NCBI RefSeq assembly: GCF_009914755.1
Contig: NC_060935.1
Reading direction: 5' to 3' (one strand)
Source of the DNA: the human T2T-CHM13v2.0 reference genome, Homo sapiens
DNA: 64,000 bases
Shown here: piece by piece, positions 24,652 through 39,991 of the stretch
How positions within the stretch are numbered: the stretch's first letter is position 1
How the letters are laid out: each line of letters begins with the position of its first letter
The notes under the pieces: model-generated
The model's database searches: none
What the model was told of the DNA's origin: nothing
The model's input: only the letters and a program-made list of their open reading frames with translations
Program-made: the position numbers and the translations under genes

Positions 24652-26310
24652 ATAATTTTTCTTGTGATAAAATACTTACATAATTTAATGTCTTCATTTT
24701 TTAAGTGTGCAGTTTAGTGGCATTGAGTGCCTTCATACTGTTATGCAGTCAAGACCATTCTTCGTCTCCAGAATATTTTTTATCTTAGAAAATGGAAGCC
24801 CCATATCCATTAAATAATAACTTTTCATTACTTGCTCTCCCAGTATGTTGGCAACCACCATTCTATTTTCTTTCTTTATAATTTTGACTACTCTCATTAC
24901 CTCATGTAAGGATAATCATGCAGTATTTGTCTTTTTGCAGTTATCTTATTTTGCTTAGTATAATATCTTCAACATTTGTCTATGTAGTGGCATATGGCAG
25001 AATGTCCTTCAGGTTTAAGGCCAAATAATATTTGATTTTATGTACAGACTTTATTTTGCTAATTCATTCTTCTATCAATGAACATTTAGGTTACTTAGAC
25101 ATTTCAGTTATTGTGAGTAATGCTGTTCTAAACACAGGTATACTAATATCTATTTTAGATCCTCATTTTAATTCTTTTGGGTAAATAACCAGAAATAGAA
25201 TTGCTGGATCACATGGTAGTTTTATTTTTATTTTTTTGGTCAGTGTGGCAATTCCTCAGGGATCTAGAACTAGAAATACCATTTGACCCAGCAATCCCAT
25301 TACTGGGTATATACCCAAAGGATTATAAATCATGCTGCTATGAAGACACATGCACACGTATGTTTATTGCAGCACTATTCACAATAGCAAAGACTTGGAA
25401 CCAACCCAAATGTCCAACAATGATAGACTGGATTAAGAAAATGTGGCACATATACACCATGGAATACTATGCAGCCATAAAAAAGGATGAGTTCATGTCC
25501 TTTGTAGGGACATGGATGAAGCTGGAAATCATCATTCTCAGCAAACTATCGCAAGGACAAAAAACCAAACACGGCATATTCTCACTCATAGGTGGGAATT
25601 GAACAATGAGAACACATGGACACAGGAAGGGGAACATCACACACTGGGGCCTGTTGTGGGGTGGGGGGAGGGGGGAGGCATAGCATTAGGAGATATACCT
25701 AATGTTAAATGAAGAGTTAATGGGTGCAGTACACCAACATGGCACATGTATACATATGTAACAAACCTGCACATTGTGCACATGCACCCTAAAACTTAAA
25801 GTATAATTAAAAAAAAAAGAAAAATTCCTGTACTATTTTCCACATGTGAGTTAACCATTTTACTTCCCACCCACAGTGCATAAGGGTTCCAACTTCTCCC
25901 ATATTCTGGCCAATACTTATTTCTTATGGTTTGTATGTTTTTGCCTGTTTTATAGCAGGCAAGCTAGTGGTAGTAAGGTGGTATCCCATTGTTGTTCTGA
26001 TTTTCATTTTCCTAATGATTAATGATGTTGATCCTCTTTTATGTGCTTATTAGCTATTCGTATATCTTCTTTGGAGAAATGTCTATTCAATTAGTTTGTC
26101 TATCTTTGACTTTTTAAATTGTTGATTATTAGGAGTTATCTTTGTGTTCTGGATATTAATTATTTATCAGATATATGATTTGAAAACATTTTTCCCATTT
26201 TGTAGGTTGCATTTCACTCTGTTGATAGTGTTTTTTGATCCACAAAATTTTATGTTTTTATAAAGTCTAATTTGTCTATTTTTTTCTTTTTTTTTGCCCC
26301 TTCTTTCTTG
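24652..26310 (-). mobile_element. L1MB-like 3' fragment interrupted by L1PA
   Basis: ttaagtgtgcagtttagtggcattgagtgccttcatactgttatgca...ggcaaccaccattctattttc. Confidence 0.8.
25239..25818 (+). mobile_element. L1PA4/5-like 5'-truncated insertion (ORF2 C-terminus, 3'UTR, polyA)
   Basis: [26 protein letters not shown]...SLIGGN*, G-rich tract, aatgttaaatga, ctaaaacttaaagtataat + A tail. Confidence 0.95.
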
Positions 26311-26427
26311 GATAATATATTGACTGGATAAATAATTCTACGTTTAAATATTGTTTTCATTAAGTACTCTAAGGAGGTTGCTTCTATCTTCTCACTTGTA
26401 TTTTTTCCAATGAGAAATTTTTGCTGA

Positions 26428-26732
<305 letters not shown>

Positions 26733-27724
26733 GCAATTTGATTTTTATATGCTTTGTATTTCATGTTTTTATTATTGAGTTTTGTTGAGATTCTTGGAAC
26801 ACTTTTGGTCATTATTACAAGAATATTTTTGTTATCCCCAGCCCACTTTAGGGACCTCATATATTTAGATTCATGCCTGCATGAATTGTCTCCTGGTTTT
26901 TTGACAATCTATCCACGTTTTTCATTCTTTTTTTTCCCTCACTACGCTTCATGTTGAATTGTTTCAATTGTTACATTTTCAAGTTCAAAAATCTTTTTAT
27001 AAAATATTTTTTTCTACCTTAAGCAAGACAGTAATATCATTGAATAAACATAGTGTCATATCTCATCATATATCTTATAATTGTTTAAAAGTTTCTCCAT
27101 TTAGTTCCTTCATATATTTCGCATCTCCATACATTTACTTTTCCATATATTTTCCAAATAGACAGACATTCATGGTTCTGGATTTTCTCTCATGCTGATT
27201 GTTTCCTCATTTTCTACCTGTTGAAATTTAAATTGTGTTATAAAATCTTTATTGATCAAGCCTTATCATCTCTCTGTTAGAAACTATTTTTTCTCATTAT
27301 TTTTCTAGAGCAATTCTTTGTAAAAAAATAATTGTTTTCTTCAATATTCAATTTATTTGTATTCTGTCTTTTATTTACTTAAATATTTACTCTTTCTTTT
27401 TTTCTCCTGTCTTACATTACTGGTGTCTTGAGGTCAAAGACTATACTCTCTTCTTCTTAATATGTTTATCACCCTGTAATTTTACTCATCCCAGTGCTCA
27501 CTTTATTAACACAAATAAAACATCTTTGTTTCAGCAATATTTCACTCTGCTTTTATCTTTATCCCATAATCAAGACATCTAAACAGGTTTTTCACAGAAC
27601 TTAATCATTCAGACGCTATGAATCACTTGGAGGTTTTACAAAAATAATTAAACTAAGAAGTTTATTATGGTTTGAGACCTTTCATCATGTTAATTGCACC
27701 TTTCTATGGGTCCAAAGGTAAACA

Positions 27725-28070
27725 CAAAGCCAGTTCACAGTAGTTAATGAATTTTTATTATCCTCCTGAAGGCCTGATCCTCAGACAGAGAGAGCAAGAT
27801 GATATCTCAGGCTCTCCTAGAGGACTATACTTTGACCCGGGTGTATATATAGATCACAGAAATCTCTTCTCTCCAGTGTATATCAGGAGTGAGAGTTTTG
27901 ATATCTAGCTTTCCAGAGTCATATATTCTTTATGACATCCAGGTCAAATGGCCTCTCTGGAGGTATTTTTACCATTGTACATTTTTGGAGCCAACATATA
28001 GTTATTAAAACTTTCAAGTTATCAGACTTATTAAGACAAGAGGGGAATTTGAGTTCCTCTCAAGACCACA
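27725..28070 (-). mobile_element. Possible ancient LTR, family unresolved
   Basis: Minus strand begins TGTGG (tgtggtcttgagaggaactc), with a TATA-like tract and AATAAA in LTR order. Confidence 0.35.
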
Positions 28071-28431
28071 GGATACTATATGGAAGGAAGTTATGAAAGA
28101 AGAGCTGAGTTGTCTTAAAGCAATTAACCAGACTTATTGTATTAATTTAAAAAAAAAAGACTAGATGTTTGGACAATCAACCCATTCATTCTGATTCATT
28201 CTTAGTATGATTGGAGCAAGGAGAGCAAGATTCTAATTTTTTTCTGCTTTTCTGAATATTGCATTTCATTCTGCTTAACATTTCATATTCATAATCCAAA
28301 TAAATAGTTAATAAGCCTTATCAGTTCCCTTTTATATTATAGATCTCATTCACTTACCCCGTCAAAAGTCAAGAGCCTATTTGATAAGCTATGCAGTTTG
28401 AATAATGAAAGTAGCTGATGAGTCTGCTAAT

Positions 28432-28592
28432 CATCATTCCTCAAATGTTTATGTGCGTATGGATTTCTTAGAAGTCTGGTTAAAATGTAAAGTCAGTTTA
28501 GTATATCTGGGATGTGGCCTGAGGTTCTGCATTTCTAACAAGCTTCCAAGTGATGCTGATGAAGCTGACCTATGCACCACACTATAAGTAAA
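28432..28592. mobile_element. MER5A-like hAT-Charlie element
   Basis: tctgggatgtggcctgaggttctgcatttctaacaagcttccaagtgatgctgatg...accacact. Confidence 0.85.
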
Positions 28593-29299
28593 GTTTTTAA
28601 TATGATGAGTTCCTGATTTGAAGCTTTCTTATGCTTTGAGGCTGGATTCTATCCTCTTAGGAAGAAAAGTCCAATGTTTTGGGTTAAAACAGAAAAAGAA
28701 TGCCTCAGCATCATAATTCACGTTTTACATCCCTCATTGCCTTGTCTGCTTGGAATTCTGATCTGAGTCATTGACTCGGACATCTTTCTGTGTTTTGTAC
28801 TCGTTACTTTGCCTGGTCCTTCCTCTGACTGCCTTTGCCTTGTAGCACTGTTTCTTGAAAGTCACCCAATGATCACCAGGATCAAAAGCTGCTGGGACGG
28901 TTGTTAGAATAAGTATTTCATTGGCCCTCTTAGAGCATAGTGATACTCTGAAACCTGAAATGAGTGCTTTAAATAGCATAATAAAATTGAAAATCACTGA
29001 AATGTTACTTTCTTTGCAAGTCACTTCTAAGTTAGTATGACTGTTTATTGTTTATCTAAATTTAATTCAATGTCTTATTCTTATCTGTAAATAATCCCAC
29101 CCCAGCATGCTTACATGACCCTCTGTGTCAGACTGGCTTGAATTCTATTCTGATGTGCTTTCCAGAGATAGTCTTTTCTACTGCCCAACCTTCATTTGCT
29201 TCGCTGTCTGCCTGTTTCTGTCTTTCTCAGATTGATCTTTCATATTCCATGTTACACTCTTGCTCACCAAAGTGCTAAAAACAAACCAGAAAGGAGTTA

Positions 29300-30008
29300 C
29301 AGTGGTCCCCGCTGCTCCACAAGTTTCACAACCTGCAATGTATGCCTGAAACCACAGATAGCACCAAACCCAATTGTCATCAATCAGAACATGTTTCTGT
29401 TTATGTCTTCCACACACAAATGTAATGTTATCATGCACTGTGGTTGTAATTTTGTACACTGAGGTGTGACAGCAAAACTAGCACACATTTCTATTTCCTT
29501 TTTCACAATTTCATAGATAGAAGATTCATTCTACACTGTAGATCTTAGCGACCTCAGCATATGATTTTTTTTTTCTTTCTTTATTCAGTTGAGAACTTGC
29601 ACCATTTCACTTAAGAGAAGAATTTTACTGCTACTCTTTGGCATATATGAATTGCCACATCACTACTCTTGTGCTTTGGGACCAATATTAAGTAAAATAA
29701 GGGATACTAGGACACAAGAACTGTGATAGCTTGGCCATGAATTGGATAACTGTGACTGCTACTAAGTGACTCATGGGTGGGTAGCGTAGACTGCATGGAT
29801 CTGCTGGACAAAGGGATAATTTGTTTCCTGGGGGAGGATGGAGCAGAATGGTGTGAGATTTCATGATGCTGCTCAGAGCAGCTGGTGCACAATTTAAAAC
29901 TTATGAATTGATTATTTTTAAAATTCTCTATTTAGCATTTTCAGACCTTGGTAGATAGCTGTAACTGAAACCACAGGAAGTGAAATCTCAGATAAGAGGG
30001 TGCCTCTG
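29300..30008 (-). mobile_element. MER44 (Tigger7 deletion derivative)
   Basis: Terminal cagtggtcccc / ggggtgcctctg; antisense Tigger7 transposase start (tcactactcttgtgctttggg, gtagatcttagcgacctcagcatatg). Confidence 0.88.
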
Positions 30009-30271
30009 TCATTTTTACTGTAGTTGTGATTGTAGGATGCCAAATAAAATCAATTAAATTTATATTTATGTTTAGATGACCATGGACCAGGTTGCTTTGA
30101 GAGAGTAAAACATAATCAGGACATAGTGACAACTCTTAAAAAGTGTGTAATTTATCGAGTGTAAAGGGAACTGAGAGTTAGAAACATCTTGTAAGACAGT
30201 GAAAACATAAGCTCCTACCCACATTTCATAAACATATGTTTATTTCTGCCCAATATCTTTTGAGAGAATCA

Positions 30272-31074
<803 letters not shown>

Positions 31075-31139
31075 TTCATTCTTTCCCAGTTTAATCCATG
31101 TGGTATGGCTGGGACTATTCCTACATGCCTATATCTAGA

Positions 31140-31520
31140 TAAACTCTATTACTCAGACTGAGAGATACAGAACTCCACTGCAGTGGTCACGGTAATAAGT
31201 TCTGAAGTGAGTCTGTGACCAAAGCTGAGCAAATGTGATTACTCCTTGCTACTTCTGTTAGAACAATTTTTAAAAGATATTCTCTTTCTCCTGGGATTAC
31301 TAAGTTTGTAAAATAGTATTCTTGAGTATCTGGTAGCCATCTTTTCTTTCTCAAATGGAGAAATCTTATTAGAGAATGAAATGAACATAGAGAAAAACAT
31401 TGGTGAGAAACTGGGAGAAAAATATTCTCATGACATTTTAGGAATTCAACAAAGGCACCAATAACCATTTTTGTCGTAAAGTTTGAGCTGTTTTCAGTCA
31501 CTTACAAACAAAACAGATGT
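31140..31520 (+). mobile_element. Old MLT1J/K-like LTR
   Basis: tgtgaccaaagctgagcaaat...ggtagccatctt...agtttgagctgttttcagtcacttacaa. Confidence 0.55.
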
Positions 31521-34500
31521 GTAAATATAGTGATTATCTGAATCAACAATAAAAGAAAAAGCAGGTCAAGTTGAGAAGACAAAACTTTGCATCAAGGGGT
31601 GAAAACAAAAGTAGCAAAGCTGGTGCGCAGGAGAACTATTGTCACTAGAGGAGGACAAGTGATTCTGAACTTTGAACGTTCTGAGCATACTCCTGAATAT
31701 TCTTTTTATAGGATGGCCGCTTTGTGTTGTAGGGCTGGGTCTATCAGCTTAAACAGCTGTGTTGAACTGCCCAGCAGGTAAGATAGGTAAGTATAAGATT
31801 CGGTAGGCCCTTACTAAATGTCATGGATAGGCTGCTGTGTGATGGAATTAAATTAAAACATGCTAGAGTAGAATGGGACATATTTTAGGGAGAAATACAA
31901 CCCAACTAAACAAAGGGGAAATTGAGTCCATTCCATGGCTAAGTTTCTTGTAACAATTTAGCGAATTAATTAGTTTTATTGGTATAATTGGAGACAAGCA
32001 AAAAACTTCATCTTTGTTTTTAATGAAGACTTCTAAAGAAGAAATATTTCTATGTAATGATCAGTTATTTTTCTTTCTTGTTTTATGAAAGAAGCTCTAA
32101 CAGGCAAATGGTCCAGCTCTGGCATCTGCATAGTTCTGTGTGCCTTTCACACACTGGGATGCCTTGGTTTAAGAGGAGATTCCCAGCTGTGTGGAGGAGA
32201 TGACAACAGTGCAGATCTAAGCTCGAAACAGCAGGTTTTATGGCACAGCGGTTGAGGCATTCATATATTCACCAAGATTAGAAAACTTCAGAAAGACTTA
32301 TTCACAAAATTCTGAACTGACCTTTAATTAAGGCTATATGGAAACTTTTTTTCTAAGTTGCTGTGAACAGATGACAGATGCAAGATTTATTGCATCAAGA
32401 ATTTAATCAGAAAAACATATTTTCTTTCCTAGAGATGTAGTAAATTGTTTTGTTATATGAAGGAAAAAATACAACACTCATGAGCACAGTTGTTTATTTC
32501 CAGGTCCTTTTGTTTTTTTTCCTGAGTGTTGTGAAATATTTTATTCTTCTTCATTTGAATCAGATATATAAATAGTAGCATCAGCTGGAATAGGTATAAG
32601 CGTAATATATTATGTTCAAGTTTTAGATATGTCTTAAAAAGTATATGTTTTCCCATCTCCGTTTTACAAGGATGTAAAAAGTGGCACTATAATACAAATT
32701 GTTCATGAAAGGCTGGTTCTCTGGCATTTTCCAAAGTATTTGGCAATATAAGAGACTTAAAAAAGGAAAAAAAAAACCTGTAAAATTATTTAACAAAATA
32801 TATTAGAAAATATGTAATATAAAAATAACCCCAGTGATATGCTGTCCGAAGTGAATAAACACAGTAAATATACCAGCAATACATTTAGACTCCATGTAAC
32901 AGTTCAAGCACTAGCCCTGCCATTTGAATTTAATACCATGTATTGCTTTCAATAGTAAAGTTAATTATGTATTTAATAAGACTTTAAGATACTCTCCCAC
33001 CAACCACTTCATGGCATTTCTGGCTGACTCTTTTAGGAAGCCTGTGTCCTAATGAAAAAGAAAGGAGCCAATATTTCAAAAGCCAATTTCACTTTTAAAT
33101 GCCACACAGAAATAGGGCAAGGGAGTGAAAGCACAGAAAAAGGCAATTATAATAGTAAAGAGTGGCCCAAAGCAATGTGCAGGAAGATGCACTTCTGGTC
33201 CTGATTTATGTCAACATGACCCTCATTCATGACACTGAAGTCAATTCACAGGATTATAAACACGCAGCTCAGTAAGAGAAGAGTGGGTAAGGCAGTCCTC
33301 CAGATTTATCCATTTCCCATCTGATCATTGTCAAAAGGATAAAATTCACATCTTGGCCTCATCTGTTCTTATTACAATCTTTGTCATTGGAATGAGATGC
33401 CTGAATGTTAATAACCATTGTGATCTGGGAAAGCTTGTAGTCTGCAGTGCTGCTATAACCTTTTCAATATTCCATATTTGATTGGCTCTCCAATCCACTC
33501 TGATTTCTCACATGAAGGAGAGGTTGTAAAAGGTGATAACAGAGGCAGTCATCCAATCAAACTGCAGAACCTTGAAAAGGTCAAGCACATATAGAGTTGC
33601 CTCCCTGAGAACATAGCAGAGAAATAAAATGAAGGCCCTTTTTCTTATCTGAGATTTCATAATCTCAGTCTTGGACTACAGCAATTCAAATCACAGGAGT
33701 AAAAAAAAAAGTTAAAAGGAAAAACTTGTCCACCTTCACGAGAAATAAAATTATTGCTATAGAGTATTTTTCTGTTTTTTTTCTAAAGAAGGTTAAGTTT
33801 ATTCAAAATACTGTATCAAAATAATGCAGACAATGTAGAATAATATTTTTAAAAACTCAAGTTTAGGAATCTAAATTACATGAGTTCAAATCTCATCTCT
33901 AGCATTTATTAGTCAAATAACTGTGGCCACTGAATTTAGAAGGATCAAAATTCTTATCAATAAAATATAATATTATTTTGTTTTTTAAAGCATTGTTTTA
34001 GAAATGGGAATAAATAACATATTTGTCCACTGTATAATAATCAGAAGATGGTGGCACACATCAAAACAATAATAGCAGTAATAGCAGCAATAACAGCAGT
34101 ATTAATACAAAAGTAAAAATAGTGGGACCAGTAGTAATACTTGTAGCACAATAGTAGTAGACACGTAGCAGAATCATTTGTTTTCATATGCATATTAGGG
34201 AAAAAAGTAAATTACACTGTTTTTACCAAATAGCTGTATACCAATAAAGCATATTTAAATATATATTGATAGAAAAAAAATCAGGTAATATGTCCAAAGC
34301 ATATTATTAATATGTCTTGTTAACCCAAGAACTCAGAAACTTCTATAAAATACAAGAAAAAACAACTGGGTAGATTAACTTGCAATGAGGAATGAGAATT
34401 ACATTAGGCCTATGCTTCCTAATTTAAACTATATTTGAAATTAGGATATTTCTTACATTCTCTGCCCTACAATCTCTTAGAAGAGGACACAGGACAGAAG

Positions 34501-35187
34501 TGAGTAACCAAATTGAAAGCAGTTAACCTGAAGAGTGTGTTTTACATATGAATGGACTAATGGGTAGGAAATAGTAGCTAGAAACTACTTCGAGGTCTGT
34601 CATAGTCCAGAAGTTATATGTGTACTGCAATACTGCGTGTAGTCTGATAATTCTATTTTCTTTTTTCCTATTGTGCCTGCCTCCCCTATATTTGGATGTA
34701 ATCTTAACTGTCTAGAAACTCAGCCTAACAGAATTTATTTATAAGAACAACCACCACCAATATTGTTAGGGTCAAAACCTGATTCATCTACTAAGATTTG
34801 TTTTAACAAATTTGATTGAAAATATAGCTTTTTATTGCAAATATAACTTTGGGACCTGTAGACTGACACAGCTAATGAAGTGAGAGAGATTTTATGCTTA
34901 GAAAAAAAAATATGTAATCTTTAATTTGCTGAAATATTAACTTCATTGGAGGAATTATTTCAGAATTCCACTAATACCAATTAAGAAGCTGCTATTTATA
35001 GTATAATCCTTTGTAGCACTGAATCATTCTTTCATCATGGTGATTTTTTGGTATACTTTTGGTAGCTATGGGACAGATTTTTAATGTTGAGACTTTTAGA
35101 TGTATCTCTGAGCTACATGAACGCTAACTTGGTGAGGGATACTATCTGTAAACTGATTTCACTCTCAGAGTAAACCAGCTTCCAATT

Positions 35188-35232
35188 CTCTCTCTCTCTC
35201 TCCTCTCTCTCTTTCTCTCTCCTCTCGCTCTC
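35188..35232. repeat. (CT)n microsatellite
   Basis: Seen directly. Confidence 0.9.
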
Positions 35233-35489
35233 CTTTCACTTCCATCATCATCTTTCTCTTTTACCAACCCCCCCACACAATAGCTTACCCCTACACATGC
35301 ATACACACACATACACAAGGAGAGTAGAAGAGACAGAGATGCAGAAAAACAGAGACAGAGATAAAGAATTATTTTGTTACCATGAGCATACTATTCATTC
35401 AACAGGTGCTTTATAGACTATTTACTGTGTCAGATATTCAGAATAAGAGTACTGGAGAATGTTGTCGTATTTACCCTGACAGAACTCAT

Positions 35490-36895
<1,406 letters not shown>

Positions 36896-37029
36896 ATGAA
36901 GAGTTTGAAGAAAAACATGAATAGACCTTTCACAAAAGCAACAGTTGCTCAATACATGTATAAAAAGATATTCTGAATTAAAATCAACTGGAAAAGCAGA
37001 CATAAAGACCATTGTGAAAAACTTTTTTG

Positions 37030-38338
37030 TTTTATTTTTTAACTTAATTTTTCTGAAAGTGTTTTGAAAGATAATACTGCTTGCATTTCTGTGTATAATA
37101 TGATGGTTTGAAGTACATACACATTGTGAAATAACTAAATACTAATTAGCTAGACTAATAACTAAATCTAGCGAATTAATATGGGAATTGCCTCAGATAC
37201 TACCAATTATATTGCTAATAGTGCTGAGAATACTTAATATCCACTTTCTTAGCATTTCTAATAATAAAATATATTGTTATTAGCTATAGCCACCATGTTG
37301 TACAAAAGATCGCTTGAACTTACTAATTCTTACTAAAATTTTGTATCCTTTGACCAACATCTCTCCAAACCCCACCACCAACCCCCAACCATCCTAGACT
37401 CTTGCAACCACCTTTCTTCTCTCTACTTCTATGAGATAAAACTTTTTAGATTCCACATATGCATGAGATTTTACAGTATTTATCTTTCTGTCCTTGGCTT
37501 ATTTCACTTAAAGTAACTTCCTTTAGGTTTAATCATATTGTCTCAAATAACAGGGTTTATTCCCATGTATAATGGCTGAATTGTATTTCACTCTATATAC
37601 ATACAAAATTTTCTTTATCAATTTATGCATTGATGAACACTTAACGTTGATTCTGTATCTTGACTGTTTTCAATAACGCTGCAATCAATGTGGGAATGCA
37701 GATAGTTCCTTGACATACTGATTTTATTTACTATGGATATATACCCAGTAGTGGAATTGATGGATCATATGGTAGTTCTATTTTTAATTTTTGAGGACCA
37801 TCTATACTGTTTTTATCAGGGATGTAATAATTTCTACTTTCACCAAGAGTGTGCAAGGATTCCTTTATCTCCAGTTTGTCAATAATTATTATCTTTTGTC
37901 TTTTTGATAATAGCCATTCTAACAGGTGTGAGATGATATCTTATTTAAATGCAAATTGTGATTTTAATTTACATTAGAATGATGAGTTGTAATATTGAGC
38001 ATTTTGTAATACACCTGATGGCCATGTGTATGTCTTATTTTGAGAAACATTTATTAAGGTCCTTTGCCCATTTTTTAAATGAATTTTTTTTGTTTTGGCT
38101 GTTGAGTTGAGTGTCTTATATATTTTGGATATTAACTCCTTGTCAGATGTATGGTTTGCAAATATTTTCTCTCATTCTGTAGGTTGTTTCTTCACTCTCT
38201 TGACCATTTCCTTTGCTGTGCAGACCTTTTTAGTTTGATACAGTCCTATTCATCGATTTTGGAGTTTGTTGCCTGTAATCTTGAGGTCATATTCAAAAAA
38301 TTGTTGCCAGACTAATGTCAGGGAGTTTTTTTCTCTAT
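37030..38338 (-). mobile_element. L1MA8-like 3' fragment
   Basis: Antisense 3'UTR (gagaatacttaatatccactttcttagcattt) continuing into the ORF2 C-terminal region. Confidence 0.85.
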
Positions 38339-39468
38339 AATACAAATGGGATTGCATCAAACTGAAAAGCTTCTGCACAGCAAAGGAAACTATCAAAAAG
38401 TGAAGATACAGCCTACTTAATGGAAACCATACATGTGCAAATCATTCATCTGACAATGAGTTAATATCAAAATAGGGAAGAAACTCAACTCAAGAGCAAG
38501 AAAACAAATAACATAAATTAATAATGAGCAAAGGACTTGAACAGACATTTCTTCAGTGAAGACATACAAAAAATGCCCAACATAACTAATCATTAGGGAA
38601 ATGCAAATCAAAACCTTTATGAGATATCATCTTATGCCTATTAGAATGACTTTTGTCAAAGACAAAAGGTAAGTGTTGGCAACCTTATGGAAAAAAGGAA
38701 ACCTTTGTACATTTTTGGTGGAAATGTAAATTAGTACAGCCATTATGAAAAACAGTATAGAGGTTCCTTAAAGTATTAAAGAATTAAAAATAGAACTACC
38801 ATAAGATCTAGCATTCTTATCACTGGATATGTATCCAAAGGAAATGAAATCAGTATCTCCAAGAGTTATCTGTACTTTCATGTTTATTATATTATTATTT
38901 ACAATAGCCAAGACATAAAAACAATCTAAATATCCATTAATAAATACAAGGTTAAACATCTGGTATATATGCATTGGAATATTATTCATCCTTAAAAAGA
39001 AGGAAATTCTGTCTTTTCAATAACTTGGATGCATCTAGAGGTGGTGCTAAGTGAAATAAGCTAGGCTCATTAAGGCAGTCACTGCATGCTCTCACTTATA
39101 TGTGTGTTAAAAAGTCATCAAACTCCTAAAAACAGAGAATATATTGCTGTCAAGGGTAGGCGAAATGAGGAGATGTTGGTCAAAGGATGCAAAGTTTTAC
39201 TTACGCAGGATAAATTTTTTGTGGAGATCTAATGTACAGCATGGTGACTATAGTTAATTATTATGTGTTTTATACTTAAAATTTGCTAGGAGAATAGATC
39301 ATAAATATTCTCAACACACACACAAAATTGACAACTGTCTGAGGTGAAGAATATGTTAATTAGCTTTACTGTAGTATTATTTAACTCTGTAAATGTATGT
39401 CAAAACATCATGTTGGATATATTAAATTTATCCAATTTTTATGTGTCAATTATACCTCAATAAATCTA
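38339..39468 (+). mobile_element. L1MA9-like 3' fragment
   Basis: caaatgggattgcatcaaactgaaaagcttctgcacagc...ggagatctaatgtacagcatggtgactatag...tgtcaattatacctcaataaa. Confidence 0.85.
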
Positions 39469-39991
39469 AAACAAGAAATTCTAACAAAAATGTCTTAAAG
39501 TAGAAATTTTTCTTATTTAATAATTTATCAATTTTTTTTTACTTCAAAGGCAATTTTTGCTTAATGCAAAACCTTGAGAATCAGGGATAAGTATGGAAAA
39601 AGAATAGCATCATAATTTATCACAAACAAAGCACATCTAAACTATAACCATATTTAGAGATACAAAGATAAATATAGTTGGTCCTTTATATTTATGGGTT
39701 CTGCATTCCATGGATTCTTTACTATAGATAAAACATATTTGGAAAAAATAAAGTATTGTTCCATCTGTACTGAACATGTACAGACCTTTATTTCTTGCCA
39801 TTATTCCGTTGACCATACAGCAGAACAACTGTTTACATAGCACTTACATTTCATTTGGTATTTTGGTGCTGTCATACATACTAATTTTCATCCAAGGTTT
39901 CATAACTCCCCATAGCCCTTGTTACATCTTTTGTTATAATGTTGGGTGAGTTAGGCCTCAGGAGCAGGCCTCTGACCTTCTTTTGCCCCCG

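Noticed and set aside
25201-25602. 133-aa ORF
   Set aside because: It is the L1PA ORF2 C-terminus read in from flanking DNA, with a non-ATG start and no promoter.
32085-32255. Short ATG-initiated ORF (MKEALTGKW...) in unique sequence
   Set aside because: About 55 codons, with no homology recognised; this length is expected by chance.
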